Source: Desulfurococcales archaeon
Lineage (GTDB): Archaea > Thermoproteota > Thermoprotei_A > Sulfolobales > Acidilobaceae
Assembly: GCA_015521205.1 (NCBI GenBank)
Contig: WAOQ01000005.1
Span: forward strand, 1,701 to 65,700
Direction of reading: 5' to 3'
DNA: 64,000 nt
Part shown: positions 35,672 through 45,657 of the stretch, in pieces
Layout of the letters: the number at the start of each line of letters is the position of its first letter
Position numbering within the stretch: the stretch's first letter is position 1
Translations under genes and position numbers: made by a program
The notes under the pieces: model-generated
Database searches by the model: none
What the model was told of the DNA's origin: nothing
The model's input: the letters and a program-made list of their open reading frames with translations, nothing else

Positions 35672-36145
35672 ATGCCTGTGTGGAAATACTCCTATAAACC
35701 TAGGGATGAGGAGAAAACTATCGCGAAGGCTGTTGTCAGGAACGTGCCTGTGCATCCGAAGGTGTTCTATGAGTTATTGAATACCGTGCGGGGAAGGAAG
35801 CTGGAAGAGGCCATTAGGTATGTTGAACGTGTTATAGCAATGGAAGAAGCAGTGCCCTTTAGGAGGTATAGCGGAAAACAAGCCCATAAACGAGGACTCG
35901 GTGCTAAATGGGGCTGGCCCGCTGGCAGATACCCGGTAAAAGCTGCTAAATACCTGTTACGGCTCTTGGAGAATGTACGTAATAATGCCGAAAACCAGGG
36001 CATGGATACTGAACGGTTAAAGATAGTTCATTTAGCGGCACATAAGGGTGTCGTTTACAAGCGTTTTATGCCCAGGGCCTATGGACGTGCAAGCCCCAAG
36101 AACAAAGTCACTAGTAACGTGGAGGTCGTGGTCGAGGAGGTGTAA
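35672..36145 (+). CDS. rpl22: 50S ribosomal protein L22 (uL22)
   Basis: Position after S19, and archaeal L22-like sequence (KAVVRNVPVHPKVFYELLNTVRGRKLEEA...). Confidence 0.9.
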   Translation: MPVWKYSYKPRDEEKTIAKAVVRNVPVHPKVFYELLNTVRGRKLEEAIRYVERVIAMEEAVPFRRYSGKQAHKRGLGAKWGWPAGRYPVKAAKYLLRLLENVRNNAENQGMDTERLKIVHLAAHKGVVYKRFMPRAYGRASPKNKVTSNVEVVVEEV

Positions 36146-36152
36146 AGGAGGT

Positions 36153-36854
36153 ATGGTTCTGATAAAGAGGCATTTCATAGAACAAGCCATAACCCGGGCG
36201 AAAATAGACGAGTATTTGGCAAGCCAGTTCCAGCGTGCCAGGTATTCTGGCGTTGACATAGTTCAGACGCCGATAGGGACTAGAGTAACGATATTCGCTG
36301 AGCGTCCGGCTCTCATCATAGGTTCCCGCGGTTCGACTGTTAGAAAGGTTACGGAGGTTCTCGAAAAACTATTCAATCTACCCAACCCGCAGATCTCGGT
36401 GATGAATGTTGAAAACCCGGATCTAGACGCTAGGGTTAACGCTTTCAGGATAGCCAGCAGTTTAGAGCGAGGTTTCCATTTCAGGAGGGTTGCCTTCATT
36501 GCCCTAAGGAGGATAATGCAAGCCGGCGCTGTCGGTGTTGAGATAGTTATAAGTGGTAAGTTGACCGGTGAGAGGGCCAGATTTGAGAAGTACAGGGCAG
36601 GAAAGATCTACAAGACTGGTGAACACGTGGACTACGTCGTAGACAAAGCTATAGCTCATGCTTTACTCAAGAAGGGCATTATAGGTGTCCAAGTTACCAT
36701 AGTTAAGGAAGGAAAACTTGGCGATTATGTCAGGATCAAAGACGAGGAAGAAGTAAAGGAATTCGTTGAGGCTATCAGAGAGCAGAAAAAGGCAGAAGAA
36801 GAAATAGAAGAAATTCTAAAGGAGGCAGAAGAAGAAATAGTTTCTGAAGGGTGA
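36153..36854 (+). CDS. rps3: 30S ribosomal protein S3 (uS3) with an acidic C-terminal tail
   Basis: KH-domain region (VDIVQTPIGTRVTIFAERPALIIGSRGSTV). The ATG at 36153 is preceded by AGGAGG. The track ORF's 5' extension overlaps L22. Confidence 0.9.
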   Translation: MVLIKRHFIEQAITRAKIDEYLASQFQRARYSGVDIVQTPIGTRVTIFAERPALIIGSRGSTVRKVTEVLEKLFNLPNPQISVMNVENPDLDARVNAFRIASSLERGFHFRRVAFIALRRIMQAGAVGVEIVISGKLTGERARFEKYRAGKIYKTGEHVDYVVDKAIAHALLKKGIIGVQVTIVKEGKLGDYVRIKDEEEVKEFVEAIREQKKAEEEIEEILKEAEEEIVSEG

Positions 36855-36859
36855 GTCTT

Positions 36860-37063
36860 ATGAAAAAGTGGGAAATTAAGAAGATGAGCAAGGAAGAGAG
36901 GCTTAAGAAGCTTGAGGAGCTACGGCTAGAGCTTATTTCGCTGAGAAGTAAGGCTCGTTATGGGGCACCCGAGAATCCTGGTAAGATACGCTCTATAAGG
37001 AAAGACATTGCACGCATACTAACCTATAACAGGATGGAAGAATTAAAGAAAACAACTCAGTAA
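36860..37063 (+). CDS. rpl29: 50S ribosomal protein L29 (uL29)
   Basis: ELRLELISLRSKARYGAPENPGKIRSIRKDIARILT. The ATG at 36860 follows GGTGAG. The GTG at 36851 is an alternative start. Confidence 0.85.
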   Translation: MKKWEIKKMSKEERLKKLEELRLELISLRSKARYGAPENPGKIRSIRKDIARILTYNRMEELKKTTQ

Positions 37064-37150
37064 CTTTAGGGAAACAGCCTTTATTATTAGGGATCAGATG
37101 GTTCACAGCTACCACTGTTTTAATTATTTTATTTTTGTACTTGTTCTTCA

Positions 37151-37480
37151 TTGCTCTGGTGTTCAGCTTTGACTAAAAAGAGATCATATTCTAAAGGGTC
37201 TATCGGACACGAGTTCATCGGGTTGTACGTGGAGGTCGTACAACATTCAGACCCTGGGCTGGTTGGGGTTAAGGGAAAAGTGGTATGGGAAACACAAAAT
37301 ATGCTGGTGATCCGCTCTGTGAAGGGGAAACAAGTCCGTGTCCCAAAAAGACATGGAGTATTTAGATTTATGAGAGGTAAGGATTTAAGCTGGATCGTAA
37401 ACGGAGAGCTAATAAACCTAAGACCAGAAGAGAGGGTGAAAGAGGTAAGTAGGCGCGTTAAGGGAGGTGCCTTGAGGTAA
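37151..37480 (+). CDS. rnp1: RNase P protein component 1 (Rpp29/Pop4)
   Basis: HEFIGLYVEVVQHSDPGLVGVKGKVVWETQNMLVIRS...VPKRHGVFRF matches the Rpp29 Sm-like core. The position between L29 and S17 is conserved in archaea. The start codon is uncertain (TTG). Confidence 0.8.
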   Translation: MLWCSALTKKRSYSKGSIGHEFIGLYVEVVQHSDPGLVGVKGKVVWETQNMLVIRSVKGKQVRVPKRHGVFRFMRGKDLSWIVNGELINLRPEERVKEVSRRVKGGALR

Positions 37481-37827
37481 TGCCAAAGCAAAAAGCTGTG
37501 AAGAACGTGGGTATACCTGGCGTTGAGCCGCCAAGCAAGATATGTGATGATCCATACTGCCCTTACCATGGCAACATAAGGGTTAGAGGTCTAGTAATTA
37601 CTGGAGAAGTGGTAAAGGCCAGGGCAAAGAACATGGTAGTGGTGAAACACGAATACCTCTACTATGTAAAGAAGTTTAAGCGATACGAGAAGAGAAGTAA
37701 GAAAATCCACGCTCATCTTCCCGGGTGTATCGAGGTTCAAGAAGGCGATATAGTCGTAATTGGAGAAACTAGGCCTATATCCAAAACCGTAAAGTTTGTA
37801 GTGCTTGGAGTGAAGAAGAGACCATAA
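37480..37827 (+). CDS. rps17: 30S ribosomal protein S17 (uS17)
   Basis: Archaeal S17 pattern (CDDPYCPYHGNIRVRG...VVKHEYLYYVKKFKRYEKR...GDIVVIGETRPISKT). Confidence 0.9.
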   Translation: MPKQKAVKNVGIPGVEPPSKICDDPYCPYHGNIRVRGLVITGEVVKARAKNMVVVKHEYLYYVKKFKRYEKRSKKIHAHLPGCIEVQEGDIVVIGETRPISKTVKFVVLGVKKRP

Positions 37828-37845
37828 TAGCAAGGGGTGTAAGGT

Positions 37846-38268
37846 ATGGCTAGAAAAACTACGCTCAATATTCCCTCGTCTCGGCGGGCTATAAATGCGG
37901 GGCTCCAGGTTGGGAGCTACGTTAGGGTAGCCGATAATAGTGGAGCCAAGGAAGTGATGATCATAGGTGTCCCGGGTTACAAGGGTAGGCTGAGAAGACT
38001 ACCTTTTGCCGGAGTTGGGGACATTGTAATTGTTAGCGTTAAGAAGGGAACGCCTAAGATGAGAAGACAGATCGTGCATGCTGTCATCGTAAGGCAGAAG
38101 AGGCCTTTCCGAAGGCCTGACGGAACCTGGGTGGCGTTCGAGGACAATGCCGTGGTTATAGTGAACCCTGACGGGAGTCCACGTGGCAGCGAGATTAGGG
38201 GTCCCATAGCCAGAGAAGCAGCCGAGCGTTTCCCTAGGCTTTCAAACATAGCTACCCTAGTAGTATAA
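37846..38268 (+). CDS. rpl14: 50S ribosomal protein L14 (uL14)
   Basis: [15 protein letters not shown]...[11 protein letters not shown]...[13 protein letters not shown]. Confidence 0.95.
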   Translation: MARKTTLNIPSSRRAINAGLQVGSYVRVADNSGAKEVMIIGVPGYKGRLRRLPFAGVGDIVIVSVKKGTPKMRRQIVHAVIVRQKRPFRRPDGTWVAFEDNAVVIVNPDGSPRGSEIRGPIAREAAERFPRLSNIATLVV

Positions 38269-38287
38269 GGATGTGGAGGTGTAAGAT

Positions 38288-38659
38288 ATGTCAAGCAAAC
38301 AGCCTAGAAGACAGAGAAAAACGTTCTTCAATGCTCCATTACATCGTAGGCATAAAGCTATGACAGCTCCCTTATCGAGGGAGTTAAGAGAAAAATACGG
38401 TGTAAAGAGGCTTCCCGTCCGGAAAGGAGATAAAGTACGTGTAATGCGAGGACAGTTTAGAGGAGTCGAGGGCTCCGTGGTTGATGTAGATTTGAGCAGA
38501 TATAAGATCAAGGTCGATAATGTCGTGATCAAGAAGGCCAGTGGAGATCAGGTCTTCTACCCTATACACCCGTCTAATGTCATGATCATTAGTCTTGATA
38601 CCAGCGACGATGTTAGAATGAAGATCATAGAGAGGAGAAGGGCTGGAGAGGCCGAATAA
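38288..38659 (+). CDS. rpl24: 50S ribosomal protein L24 (uL24)
   Basis: KOW motif [19 protein letters not shown], and gene order. Confidence 0.9.
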   Translation: MSSKQPRRQRKTFFNAPLHRRHKAMTAPLSRELREKYGVKRLPVRKGDKVRVMRGQFRGVEGSVVDVDLSRYKIKVDNVVIKKASGDQVFYPIHPSNVMIISLDTSDDVRMKIIERRRAGEAE

Positions 38660-38712
38660 CTATAAATGCCGTGAAATGGTATCAGCTATGAGTTCCGATG
38701 GGGTGTTAGCGT

Positions 38713-39474
38713 ATGGCTAGAATGGGAGGAAGCAGGAGGTTAAAGGCGTTAAATACGCCGGCATACTGGCCGATATTGAGGAAGAAATATAAATGGGCCG
38801 TCAAGCCGAGTCCAGGCCCTCACCCGATAGAGGCTAGTTTACCGCTATTAGTAGTTGTCCGTGATATCCTGGGTTTGGCCGATACTGCCCGGGAGGCTAG
38901 GAAGATCATATCGGAGGGCCACATAGAAGTCGATGGTAGGATACGTAAAAACTACAAGTATCCGATTGGGTTTATGGATGTCATACGGGTTCGGACCACC
39001 GGAGATCTCTACAGGGTTCTTCCGTACCCTGTAAAGCACATGATACTTCATCCGATAGGCGAGGAAGAAGCTGAGTATAAACTATTGCGTGTAGAGAACA
39101 AAACCACTGTAAAAGGCGGTCACATACAGCTTAACCTCTATGATGGAAGAAACGTTCTAGTGAAGGTATCGGATCCGACTAAACCCGTGGAGGATGTTTA
39201 CAAGACGCTGGGCACGGTAAAGTTGTCGATACCTAAACAGGAGATACTAGAATACTACCCCTTTGAAATTGGTAATATCGCAATAATCGTTGGTGGACGC
39301 AACATTGGACGTGTCGGTAAAATCATATCCTACCGGAAAGGTATCAGGAAGTTCCGTAGTGTAGTTACCTTAGAAGACGTGAATGGTGTTCAGTTCCAGA
39401 CTAGTATGGAATACATCTTTGTCATCGGTAAAGAAAAACCTGAAATCAGTTTGCCGGAGGGTGCATGGAAATGA
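38713..39474 (+). CDS. rps4e: 30S ribosomal protein S4e (eS4)
   Basis: MGGSRRLKALNTPAYWPI...GHIEVDGRIRKNYKYPIGFMDVI. Typical eS4. Confidence 0.9.
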   Translation: MARMGGSRRLKALNTPAYWPILRKKYKWAVKPSPGPHPIEASLPLLVVVRDILGLADTAREARKIISEGHIEVDGRIRKNYKYPIGFMDVIRVRTTGDLYRVLPYPVKHMILHPIGEEEAEYKLLRVENKTTVKGGHIQLNLYDGRNVLVKVSDPTKPVEDVYKTLGTVKLSIPKQEILEYYPFEIGNIAIIVGGRNIGRVGKIISYRKGIRKFRSVVTLEDVNGVQFQTSMEYIFVIGKEKPEISLPEGAWK

Positions 39475-40034
39475 GTGTAACGTTGGATCCTTCAACGGTT
39501 CAGCGGGTATTGGAAGATTGGGAAAAGCATCCAATGAAAAAGCCTAGGATAGCTAAGGTCACAGTTAACATTAGTCTAGGGTATAGCGGTGAGAGGCTTC
39601 GCAAAGCGGCTGAATTCCTAGAAAAGATTACGGGGCAAAAGCCGGTCTATAAGAAAGCAAAAAGGACTATCAGAGCTTTCGGTGTCAGGAAAGGGGAGAA
39701 CATAGCTGTAATGGTAACTCTAAGGGGAGAACGGGCCATTAAGTTCTTAGAAAAGGCCCTGGAAGCGGTCGCTTGGAGGCTGAAGAGGAGCAGTATCGAT
39801 AGACATGGCAATGTTGGTTTTGGAATAGAGGAACACATTTCCATACCTGGAGTCCGTTATGATCCAGAACTTGGTATTCTTGGTCTTGACGTGGTAATAA
39901 CGATCGAGCGACCTGGCTATAGGATAGTTAGGCGGAGAAGGCAGAGAAGGCGTAGGATACCAACTCGCCATAGGGTTACGCCTGAAGAAACGATGGTCCT
40001 ATTAAACCAGCTCTTGAATGTTAGATGGGTGTGA
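39465..40034 (+). CDS. rpl5: 50S ribosomal protein L5 (uL5)
   Basis: PRIAKVTVNISLG...GNVGFGIEEHISIPGVRYDPELGILGLDV. Confidence 0.9.
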   Translation: MEMSVTLDPSTVQRVLEDWEKHPMKKPRIAKVTVNISLGYSGERLRKAAEFLEKITGQKPVYKKAKRTIRAFGVRKGENIAVMVTLRGERAIKFLEKALEAVAWRLKRSSIDRHGNVGFGIEEHISIPGVRYDPELGILGLDVVITIERPGYRIVRRRRQRRRRIPTRHRVTPEETMVLLNQLLNVRWV

Positions 40035-40045
40035 GGTGAGAAGGT

Positions 40046-40210
40046 ATGGGTAAGTATAGACCGCCTAAGCCAAAAGTTATGGGTCGTGGAGCCCAAAAAT
40101 GCAGGCGTTGTGGTACGAGAGACGCGGTTATCCAAAAGTATGGACTCTACCTTTGCAGACAGTGCTTTAGAGAAATCGCGCCGACACTAGGTTTCAAGAA
40201 GTACAGCTGA
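40046..40210 (+). CDS. rps14: 30S ribosomal protein S14 type Z (uS14, zinc-binding)
   Basis: Hand-translated 54-aa ORF, below the track cutoff: [54 protein letters not shown]. It has CxxC...CxxC and sits in the expected slot between L5 and S8. Confidence 0.9.
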   Translation: MGKYRPPKPKVMGRGAQKCRRCGTRDAVIQKYGLYLCRQCFREIAPTLGFKKYS

Positions 40211-40222
40211 GGGGGGAAAGCA

Positions 40223-40624
40223 ATGGTTATGTTAGATACACTTGCCAATGCAATGGTGTCTATAAAAAACGCTTCTCTCAGGGGTAAAAGAGAAGTAGTC
40301 ATAATGCCTCCCTCCAAGCTGATAAAAGCTGTCCTACAAGTTATGCAGCGCGAGGGCTATATCGGCGAGTTCGAGTATATAGATGATGGAAGATGGGGTA
40401 AGTTTAGGGTACAGTTGCTAGGCAGGATAAACGACGTTGGTGTGATAAAGCCTCGTTTCTCGGTAAGCTATAGGGACTTGCAGAAGATGCCTGTGTGGCT
40501 ACAAAAGTTCCTACCCAGTAGAAGCATAGGTATACTCATCATATCTACCCCTAAGGGCGTTATGAGTCATAAAGAGGCGATAGAAAACAAGGTTGGAGGC
40601 GTGCTACTAGCATATGTCTACTAA
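40223..40624 (+). CDS. rps8: 30S ribosomal protein S8 (uS8)
   Basis: [13 protein letters not shown]...[21 protein letters not shown]...GGVLLAYVY. Confidence 0.95.
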   Translation: MVMLDTLANAMVSIKNASLRGKREVVIMPPSKLIKAVLQVMQREGYIGEFEYIDDGRWGKFRVQLLGRINDVGVIKPRFSVSYRDLQKMPVWLQKFLPSRSIGILIISTPKGVMSHKEAIENKVGGVLLAYVY

Positions 40625-40642
40625 AAGTAGGGGTGATGATGG

Positions 40643-41194
40643 ATGGTAAAGAGCGTACATGAAATTAGGGAGCTAGAAATCCCAGAAGGAGTTACAGTTT
40701 CAATTGATGGATCCCGTGTAATAGTCGAGGGTCCCAAGGGAAGGCTGGAGAGGGATTTTGGTCATCTAGAACCTGTGAAATTACGTGTTGAGGATAACAA
40801 GGTAATAGCAGAAACCTACTTTGCACGTGCCAAGGAAAGGGCGAAAGTAGGTACTATTATAGCTCATATCAGGAATATGATAACTGGAGTTACAAAAGGG
40901 TATAGATATTATCTTAAGATAATATTCTCTCACTTCCCCATTACAGTAAAGGTTGAAGGGAACAAGGTGGTAATCACTAATTTCCTTGGCGAAAGGGCAC
41001 CTAGGATAGCTAGGATAATGGAAGGTGCTAAGGTGAAGGTCCAGAAAGAGGACATTATTGTGGAAGGTATAGACATCGAGGCCGTCGGGCAGACGGCGGC
41101 CAATATAGAGCTTGCCACGAAGATAAAGGGTTTTGATAGGAGGAAATTCATGGATGGTATATATATCTATAAGAAGGAGGTGATCGAGGAGTGA
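40643..41194 (+). CDS. rpl6: 50S ribosomal protein L6 (uL6)
   Basis: Gene order and a two-repeat L6 pattern (GVTVSIDGSRVIVEGPKG ... HFPITVKVEGNKVVITNFLGE). Confidence 0.9.
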   Translation: MVKSVHEIRELEIPEGVTVSIDGSRVIVEGPKGRLERDFGHLEPVKLRVEDNKVIAETYFARAKERAKVGTIIAHIRNMITGVTKGYRYYLKIIFSHFPITVKVEGNKVVITNFLGERAPRIARIMEGAKVKVQKEDIIVEGIDIEAVGQTAANIELATKIKGFDRRKFMDGIYIYKKEVIEE

Positions 41195-41577
41195 GCACAA
41201 TCCCGCCATCTAGGATTAGGAAGATCAGGGCGAGGAAAAGGAAGTTTGTCAGGTATCTCGCGTGGCGTTTCTGGAAGCTTGGACGTAAAGAGAGTTGGAG
41301 AAAACCAAAGGGCAACGACAACAAAATGAGGCTTCAAGTCAAGGGATACCCGCCCATAGTAAAGGTTGGCTATAGGACTCCAAAAGATATTCGCGGTCTC
41401 CATCCTTCGGGTAGGAGGATCGTCATTATACAAGGATTCAAGGATCTCGATAGAGTCAATCCTGAGACCGATATAGCCGTAATAGCATCAGCCGTAGGTT
41501 TAAAGCTAAAACTACGCATCCTGGAAGAGGCGGAAAAGAGGGGTATAAGGGTAGCTAATCCGGGTGTTCGGCTATGA
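41191..41577 (+). CDS. rpl32e: 50S ribosomal protein L32e (eL32)
   Basis: WRKPKGNDNKMRLQVKGYPPIVKVGYRTPKDIRGLHPSG. GTG start overlapping the L6 stop. Confidence 0.9.
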   Translation: MSTIPPSRIRKIRARKRKFVRYLAWRFWKLGRKESWRKPKGNDNKMRLQVKGYPPIVKVGYRTPKDIRGLHPSGRRIVIIQGFKDLDRVNPETDIAVIASAVGLKLKLRILEEAEKRGIRVANPGVRL

Positions 41578-42035
41578 GGTATGATAGACAGAGGAGGCTC
41601 GCAGCTGAGATCCTCGGTGTTGGTGAGTCTAGGATCTGGATAGATCCAGACCCAGAGTACACTGAGGATATAGAGGGAGCTATCACAAGGGAGGATGTAT
41701 GGGCGCTGATAAAGCAGGGTCTAATCCAAGTGAAGCCAAAGAAAGGCAATAGTCATAGTGGATGGTTGGAACGTAGAAGAAAGCGGGTCCGCGGACATAG
41801 GAGAGGTTATGGTAAACGAAAGGGTGTAAAAACGGCTCGAGGCGATCCTAAGAGGGACTGGATAAACAGGATAAGGAAGATGAGGCGATTCCTGAGGTAC
41901 CTCCGCGACAAGGAGATTATCGACAGAAGAACCTATAGGAGACTCTATAGGCTTGCAAAGGGAGGCGCCTTCCATAACCTGACGGCCTTGAAGAGGTATC
42001 TTAGAGAGCATAAGATTGTAGAGAGCATAAAGTGA
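41574..42035 (+). CDS. rpl19e: 50S ribosomal protein L19e (eL19)
   Basis: QRRLAAEILGVGESRIWIDP...RRKRVRGHRRGYGKRKG. Confidence 0.9.
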   Translation: MRYDRQRRLAAEILGVGESRIWIDPDPEYTEDIEGAITREDVWALIKQGLIQVKPKKGNSHSGWLERRRKRVRGHRRGYGKRKGVKTARGDPKRDWINRIRKMRRFLRYLRDKEIIDRRTYRRLYRLAKGGAFHNLTALKRYLREHKIVESIK

Positions 42036-42049
42036 GGTGAACAATAGAA

Positions 42050-42688
42050 ATGGGTAAAGGTCCGAGATATAAGGTTCCGAGGAGGCGTAGACGTGAAGGT
42101 AAGACCAACTATAAGAAACGTTACATAATGGTAATGTCGAGGAAGATACGCTTCGTGGTAAGGACTTCGCTAAATCATGTATGGGTTCAGGTGATAAAGG
42201 CAGAACCACAAGGAGATATCACGGTGGCTGCCGCGCATAGCAGAGAACTAGTTAAAAAGTATGGATGGCAAGGAGGTACATCCAACCTTCCAGCCGCCTA
42301 TCTAGTGGGACTCCTAGCAGGTTATAGGGCCATCGAAAAGGGTGTTTATGACGCTATACTTGATATAGGATTCGCAGCCCCGAAAAAAGGTGCAAAGGTG
42401 TTCGCTGCATTAAAAGGTGCTTTAGATGCTGGATTACGTATCCCGCATGACGAGTCGATCTTGCCTTCGGAGGATCGTATTCGGGGTGAACATATAGCAA
42501 GTTATGCCAAGATGCTTAGTGAAAATAACCCTGAGAAGTATCAACGCCAATTCTCAAGGTATCTCCAACGCGGATTCGTACCAGAAGATTTGCCTAGTCA
42601 TTTCGAAGAGGTCGCTAATAAGATACGAGATGATTATAAAGAGGTTGAAGTTATCGCTAAGGCTAAGAGAGAGGTGATGAGCGCATGA
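42050..42688 (+). CDS. rpl18: 50S ribosomal protein L18 (uL18)
   Basis: [13 protein letters not shown]...[16 protein letters not shown]. Gene order. Confidence 0.9.
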   Translation: MGKGPRYKVPRRRRREGKTNYKKRYIMVMSRKIRFVVRTSLNHVWVQVIKAEPQGDITVAAAHSRELVKKYGWQGGTSNLPAAYLVGLLAGYRAIEKGVYDAILDIGFAAPKKGAKVFAALKGALDAGLRIPHDESILPSEDRIRGEHIASYAKMLSENNPEKYQRQFSRYLQRGFVPEDLPSHFEEVANKIRDDYKEVEVIAKAKREVMSA

Positions 42689-43320
42689 GTTTCGAGGAAA
42701 GCGGGTGGGAACCCAGGACAAGGGTGGGACGCCTAGTAAAAGAGGGCGTCATTACTACCATAGATGAGATCTTCGCAAGGAACATGCCGATATTGGAGCC
42801 TGAAATAGTAGATTATCTGCTTCCAGACCTTAAACATGAAGTGATAGACGTGAAGATTGTGCAAAAGATGACTGATGCTGGTAGGGTTACAAAGTTCCGT
42901 GCTACAGTTGTTGTTGGCAATGAGGATGGCTATGTGGGCATAGGAAAAGGTAAAGCTAGACAGTTGAGGCAGGCTATAGAAAAAGCCATAGTAAACGCTA
43001 AACTCAACATAATACCTGTTAGAAGAGGTTGTGGTAGCTGGGAATGCACATGTGGTACAGCGCATTCCGTACCATATACAGTTAGAGGTAAGAGTGGTAG
43101 TGTAGAGGTAGTACTAAAACCAGCGCCTCTAGGAACCGGCTTAGTTATTGGTGATGCTGCGAAAGTAGTGTTAAGGCTAGCAGGTATACGAGATGTTTGG
43201 AGTAGCACAAAAGGTGAAACGAGGACAACGTACAACTTTGCTAGGGCCACCTATAATGCGTTGAGAAATACATACTATTTCGTCACGCCGGTAGATTGGC
43301 TGAAAGCGACAACCCTCTAA
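42685..43320 (+). CDS. rps5: 30S ribosomal protein S5 (uS5)
   Basis: [14 protein letters not shown]...[17 protein letters not shown]...PAPLGTGLV. Confidence 0.95.
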   Translation: MSFEESGWEPRTRVGRLVKEGVITTIDEIFARNMPILEPEIVDYLLPDLKHEVIDVKIVQKMTDAGRVTKFRATVVVGNEDGYVGIGKGKARQLRQAIEKAIVNAKLNIIPVRRGCGSWECTCGTAHSVPYTVRGKSGSVEVVLKPAPLGTGLVIGDAAKVVLRLAGIRDVWSSTKGETRTTYNFARATYNALRNTYYFVTPVDWLKATTL

Positions 43321-43342
43321 GGTATGGAGGTGCAGATTCGAA

Positions 43343-43834
43343 ATGGCAGTCTTTTTGATAATAAGATTACGAGGAGAAGCTGATATTCACCCAGACGTGG
43401 AGTACACGTTAAACTTGCTTAGGTTACGCCAGAAATTCGCGGCATCAATATATCCTGACGACCTCCCCGGCATTCGAGAAATGCTGCGTAAGGTAGAGTA
43501 CTGGACGACTTACGGGAAGCTGGACGTTAAACATAGAGAGGTACTGGTAGAATTAATACGAAGAAGGGGCAGGCTTTTGGGAGATAAGCCTATAACTGAC
43601 GAATGGGTCGCGTCGAAGCTAGGGCTTTACGGTGGGATCAACGAACTAGCGGAGAAACTTCTAAAGGGAGAGCTCCGATATCACGAACTAGAAAAATATG
43701 GAGTAAAGCCCTTCTTCAGGCTTCACCCACCACGCGGTGGTTTCAAGAAAACCATAAAACGCCACTACCGTGATGGTGGAGAACTAGGAGACAGGGGAGA
43801 GGCTATAGGAGAACTTGTCCTCAAAATGCTCTAG
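43343..43834 (+). CDS. rpl30: 50S ribosomal protein L30 (uL30)
   Basis: IIRLRGEADIHPDVEYTLNLLRLRQKF, and gene order. Confidence 0.9.
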   Translation: MAVFLIIRLRGEADIHPDVEYTLNLLRLRQKFAASIYPDDLPGIREMLRKVEYWTTYGKLDVKHREVLVELIRRRGRLLGDKPITDEWVASKLGLYGGINELAEKLLKGELRYHELEKYGVKPFFRLHPPRGGFKKTIKRHYRDGGELGDRGEAIGELVLKML

Positions 43835-43848
43835 CGGGGTGAAACCAG

Positions 43849-44298
43849 ATGGTGGTTAGGAGGAGAAAGAAAAGCCGCAAGTTACGAGGACGCACACGAA
43901 CTATGAGCTGGGGGCGTGTAGGCCAGCATAGGGGACACGGTGCAAAAGGTGGACACGGTGCTGCAGGAATGCATAAACACCGATGGTCCTGGGTAATAAA
44001 ATATGCGCCAACATGGTTTGGCAAGCACGGCTTTAATGTTCCTTATACGAGAAAGACCAAAACTAGGATAGTAAATATAGGATGGATAGAAGAAAATATT
44101 GAACACCTACTCAAAGAAGGTATAGCAACTAAAGACGAAACCGGGGTTATAACAATAGATATCTCTAAGCTAGGTTTTAACAAACTAGGAGGACAAGGAA
44201 AGGTAACAAAAGTATACAGAATCATCGCGCCTCAAGCCACGCACAGTGCTGTTGAGAAGATAAAAGCGGCGGGCGGCGTAGTAGTCCTGCCCAGCTAA
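43849..44298 (+). CDS. rpl15: 50S ribosomal protein L15 (uL15)
   Basis: RKKSRKLRGRTRTMSWGRVGQHRGHGAKGGHG. Last gene of the cluster. Confidence 0.9.
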   Translation: MVVRRRKKSRKLRGRTRTMSWGRVGQHRGHGAKGGHGAAGMHKHRWSWVIKYAPTWFGKHGFNVPYTRKTKTRIVNIGWIEENIEHLLKEGIATKDETGVITIDISKLGFNKLGGQGKVTKVYRIIAPQATHSAVEKIKAAGGVVVLPS

Positions 44299-44429
44299 AC
44301 AATTCTTTCCCACTAAAACCATTATTACCTATCCTATCTCTTAGCCTACTTCTTTATAAAACGATCTGTTGCCTAGTTTTAGATACACTCAGATACGGAG
44401 ACATCAGATGAACCCTAGTATAAGGAGTT

Positions 44430-44508
44430 TGGTGCGGCGGCCGGGATTTGAACCCGGGACCTCCGGCTTGGCAGGCCGGCGTCCTAGTCCAGGCTAGACT
44501 ACCGCCGC
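44430..44508 (-). tRNA. tRNA-Gly (anticodon GCC), CCA encoded
   Basis: The reverse complement reads GCGGCGGTAGTCTAGCCTGGACTAGGACGCCGGCCTGCCAAGCCGGAGGTCCCGGGTTCAAATCCCGGCCGCCGCACCA. Anticodon stem CCGGC/GCCGG with loop CTGCCAA. Confidence 0.9.
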
Positions 44509-44617
44509 TCCAAGAATGATATCGGAGTTCTAGTCGGGTTTTTAGAGTTTACTCGTTGGTGTTCTTATGTTAGGGTGTTATGAAGGTTGGTTTTTAAGTA
44601 CCGTCGACTCCTAGATT

Positions 44618-45631
44618 TTGCCCTTAGAGGTGATATTTTTGAATGTGGAGTTTTCCTTATTAGGTGGATTCCCACGGAGTCGACGGTTTAGACATGCTAT
44701 AAGAGATTTTGAGGAGGGTGCTATCGATGAAGCTACCTATATGAGTGTCTATCTACAGGAATTAGGCAGGGTGATCGGTGTCCAGAATTCTTTTGACTAT
44801 AAGATATTGATAGATGGCCAATTCGACTGGCATGACATATTAAGGCCTTTTTCATCGTCATGGCGTGGTGTTTATCCTTCCAGTCTATTACGGTATTTTG
44901 ACAATAATTTCTTCTATAGGATACCGGTTTTCCATGGAAAACCTGAACCGTATTCATTCTTCCTAGCACGCAAGGCAAAAATGTTAGCTGGAATGCTCGA
45001 TAAACAGGAACTAGGAAAAATAGTCGTACCGGGACCTGTTACGTTTACTGGGCTTTCGAAAAATATGACCGGCCATGACGATTTTTGGCTAGCCAGCAAG
45101 ATAGCTGAAGCATTAAATATCGAACTACGGAAGGTAAATAGTTCCGAGCGTTTCATACTACAGATCGATGAACCAGGTCTTTCTGAGAATGAGGTATACG
45201 GTAGATTTAGAGGGGAGCTGAAAGAACTGTATTCTATTCTGCTTCGCGATTTGAGTTTTTCAAAGATAATTGTATCAGTTTATTTCAGAGCCCCGGTAGA
45301 GAAGGCTTACCAAGAACTAATTAGTTTAGATGGTGTCGACGTTATTTCCCTGGACTGGGTTGATGACAAAAAAACTGTAAGAAAGCTTATAAACGAGTAT
45401 GGAGTTAAGGGTGGTGGGCTTGGCTTGGGAGTAGTTGATGCAAGAAGCATTTATGGCGAGGATCCCGAAATCGTTGCCGGCGAGGTTCGCAAGGTTGTTG
45501 AATCATTGGATCTCAAATTCTTGATGCTTACGACAAGTACTTGGTTAGAGCTTATACCCTTCCGATATGCAGCTAAGAAGGCCGGCATCTTGGCAAGTAT
45601 AGCCTTGTATCTTCATAGGGATCTGGCTTGA
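44618..45631 (+). CDS. MetE N-terminal-half-like protein (cobalamin-independent methionine synthase, non-catalytic barrel homologue)
   Basis: ~330-aa protein immediately upstream of, and overlapping by 4 nt, the catalytic MetE-like gene. It has similar (beta/alpha)8-like periodicity but lacks the His/Cys zinc ligands. The likelier start is the TTG at 44639 or the GTG at 44645, after GAGGTGAT. Confidence 0.55.
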   Translation: MPLEVIFLNVEFSLLGGFPRSRRFRHAIRDFEEGAIDEATYMSVYLQELGRVIGVQNSFDYKILIDGQFDWHDILRPFSSSWRGVYPSSLLRYFDNNFFYRIPVFHGKPEPYSFFLARKAKMLAGMLDKQELGKIVVPGPVTFTGLSKNMTGHDDFWLASKIAEALNIELRKVNSSERFILQIDEPGLSENEVYGRFRGELKELYSILLRDLSFSKIIVSVYFRAPVEKAYQELISLDGVDVISLDWVDDKKTVRKLINEYGVKGGGLGLGVVDARSIYGEDPEIVAGEVRKVVESLDLKFLMLTTSTWLELIPFRYAAKKAGILASIALYLHRDLA

Positions 45632-45657
45632 AACAAGGTTGGGGGGTGAAAACTGGC

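Noticed and set aside
37129-37569. 146-aa minus-strand ORF (similar ORFs at 41721-42209, 40781-41209 and 42733-43250)
   Set aside because: They are antisense to highly conserved ribosomal-protein and Rpp29 genes.
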